From a virus: 6,194 bases of DNA. The first letter of the stretch is position 1. Every line of letters begins with the position of its first letter. The notes beneath the pieces were generated by a model, which saw only the letters and a list, made by a program, of their open reading frames with translations, did not search any database and had not been told where the DNA came from. The position numbers and the translations under genes are program-made. This document shows positions 5,671 through 6,194 of this stretch, in pieces. The DNA lies in the IMG/VR virus record IMGVR_UViG_3300000053_000004, positions 1 through 6,194 of that record; one strand, given 5' to 3'.

Positions 5671-5804
5671 CGCGATCGGCAGCGCCTGGAAATCCAAAAA
5701 GCCGGCCTGCCGTTTTTTACCTACGGGACCCACCACCGAATATACCTAGCGAGCTGCTGCCGATGCGGTAAAGCGGGTTGGACAGTGATGAGTGCGCCTG
5801 GTGC

Positions 5805-6035
5805 TTAAAGATCGAGGATCTGCCGCGCGAGCTGCTGGAGGTCGGAAACCAGCTTATCGAGGTCCGCGGATTCAGCGTCGAGCTGGGCAAGCCGGCTACG
5901 CATCTGGCGAACATCTGCAACGAGTCGAGGGTAATCAGTCAGCACATGGCAAACCGCGTCCAGGGCATCCCTGGAGGGCGCGTAGAGCTGTGCTTGCTTG
6001 ATCAGGTAGGCAGGTATTTCGAGGGGCGTTCGCAT
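5805..6035 (-). CDS. Hypothetical helical protein (76 aa); coding strand uncertain
   Basis: It has an ATG start, the same orientation as the main operon, and an amphipathic or coiled-coil-like C-terminus (RLAQLDAESADLDKLVSDLQQLARQILDL). A 97-aa ORF with a TTG start lies fully antisense (5778..6071) in this GC-rich stretch. My hand GC3 counts (67% for the minus ORF, 74% for the plus ORF) do not settle the choice. The SD for the minus ORF is weak. Confidence 0.45.
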   Translation of the reverse strand: MRTPLEIPAYLIKQAQLYAPSRDALDAVCHVLTDYPRLVADVRQMRSRLAQLDAESADLDKLVSDLQQLARQILDL

Positions 6036-6054
6036 AATGGCCGTTACATTAAAT
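6027..6054 (+). other. dif-like XerC/XerD recombination site (attP site 1)
   Basis: The site reads CGTTCGCATAA-TGGCCG-TTACATTAAAT, against E. coli dif GGTGCGCATAA-TGTATA-TTATGTTAAAT. That is 9/11 in the XerC arm, 9/11 in the XerD arm, the correct 6-bp spacer and a divergent central region. Confidence 0.8.
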
Positions 6055-6087
6055 CGGGCCTGGACTGGTGACTAGCTTCCAGACCCG

Positions 6088-6119
6088 ACTAAACGTAACG
6101 CCGGTAAATTATGCGAAGC
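6088..6119 (-). other. Second, inverted dif-like site with a 10-nt spacer (attP site 2)
   Basis: The reverse complement reads GCTTCGCATAA-TTTACCGGCG-TTACGTTTAGT. The XerC arm matches dif at 9/11 and the XerD-like arm at 8/11. The arms are 10 nt apart rather than 6. The XerC arm also occurs at window positions 2-12 because of the terminal repeat. Confidence 0.65.
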
Positions 6120-6194
6120 CTCTAGTCAGGAAGGCGCCAGAAAGGCCCTAGGAATTGAGATCTGCTAAAGCTGGTATCAACCAGTGGGTTTTGG
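6108..6194. repeat. Terminal direct repeat, copy 2 (identical to 1..87)
   Basis: See copy 1. The match is an exact 87/87. Confidence 0.95.

Larger units (their letters stand above)
6022..6123. repeat. Long imperfect inverted repeat (hairpin in ssDNA) whose arms are the two dif-like sites
   Basis: By hand pairing, 6029-6038 pairs with 6108-6117 (10/10) and 6025-6027 pairs with 6118-6120 with 6028 bulged. There is an internal asymmetric bubble of 5 nt (6039-6043) against 9 nt (6099-6107). 6044-6064 pairs with 6078-6098 (17/21). The loop is 6065-6077. Confidence 0.75.

Noticed and set aside
5696-5718. AAAAA-GCCGGCCTGCCG-TTTTTT as a bidirectional intrinsic terminator
   Set aside because: The GC core pairs in only about 3 bp (CGG/CCG) with a 4-nt loop, which is too weak to call a terminator.
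5633-5749. 38-aa plus-strand ORF (MGQKSGITYTDFFAIGSAWKSKKPACRFLPTGPTTEYT) with GGGGGA 8 nt upstream of its ATG
   Set aside because: It runs straight through the hairpin plus T-run that I interpret as the repressor terminator. It has no TM segment or recognisable motif, and I cannot support it from sequence alone. Ribo-seq or conservation could revive it.
5778-6071. 97-aa plus-strand ORF antisense to ORF76, and the nested 69-aa GTG ORF at 5792..6001
   Set aside because: It has a TTG start with no usable SD and would read through dif-like site 1 into the hairpin loop. GC-rich helical genes commonly generate long antisense ORFs. I have not fully excluded it and discuss it under the ORF76 finding.
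1-6194. CRISPR arrays, tRNA/rRNA genes, transposase/IS elements, integrase, toxin cargo (ctxAB-like)
   Set aside because: I scanned both strands. I found no repeat-spacer periodicity and no cloverleaf-like segments. No ORF is large enough or has motifs for a transposase, tyrosine or serine recombinase, or AB toxin.

Overview
The whole window is one small filamentous-phage (Inoviridae) genome of the Pf3 type. Bases 1-87 are identical to 6108-6194, so the unique unit is 6107 bp. It is either circular (assembly overlap) or tandemly repeated. A tightly packed minus-strand operon reads 5131 down to 107, joined by start/stop overlaps such as ATGA and TAATG. In order it encodes: gene II/CRI-type rolling-circle Rep, a 43-aa membrane peptide, a 77-aa unknown, a Pf3-like ssDNA-binding protein, a 78-aa unknown, a 60-aa small membrane protein, a 45-aa signal-less Pf3-like major coat protein (found by hand, not in the ORF track), an intrinsic terminator, a pIII-like adsorption protein, a pVI/Ace-like protein, and a Zot/pI assembly ATPase. 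An XRE-family HTH repressor (5259-5618, +) is transcribed divergently from Rep across a 127-bp control region full of short repeats and GATC sites. No integrase and no pIV secretin are encoded. The most notable feature is in the intergenic region between Zot and the repressor side. Two dif-like XerC/XerD sites in inverted orientation (6027-6054 and 6088-6119) form the arms of a ~100-nt imperfect hairpin. This is the arrangement CTXphi uses to integrate as folded ssDNA. Other points of interest are a ~39% GC two-gene insert after rep, an unassigned 76-aa ORF whose ATG lies inside a XerC arm, and several structured non-coding segments. All homology statements rest on my recognition of motifs and remembered reference sequences, not on searches.
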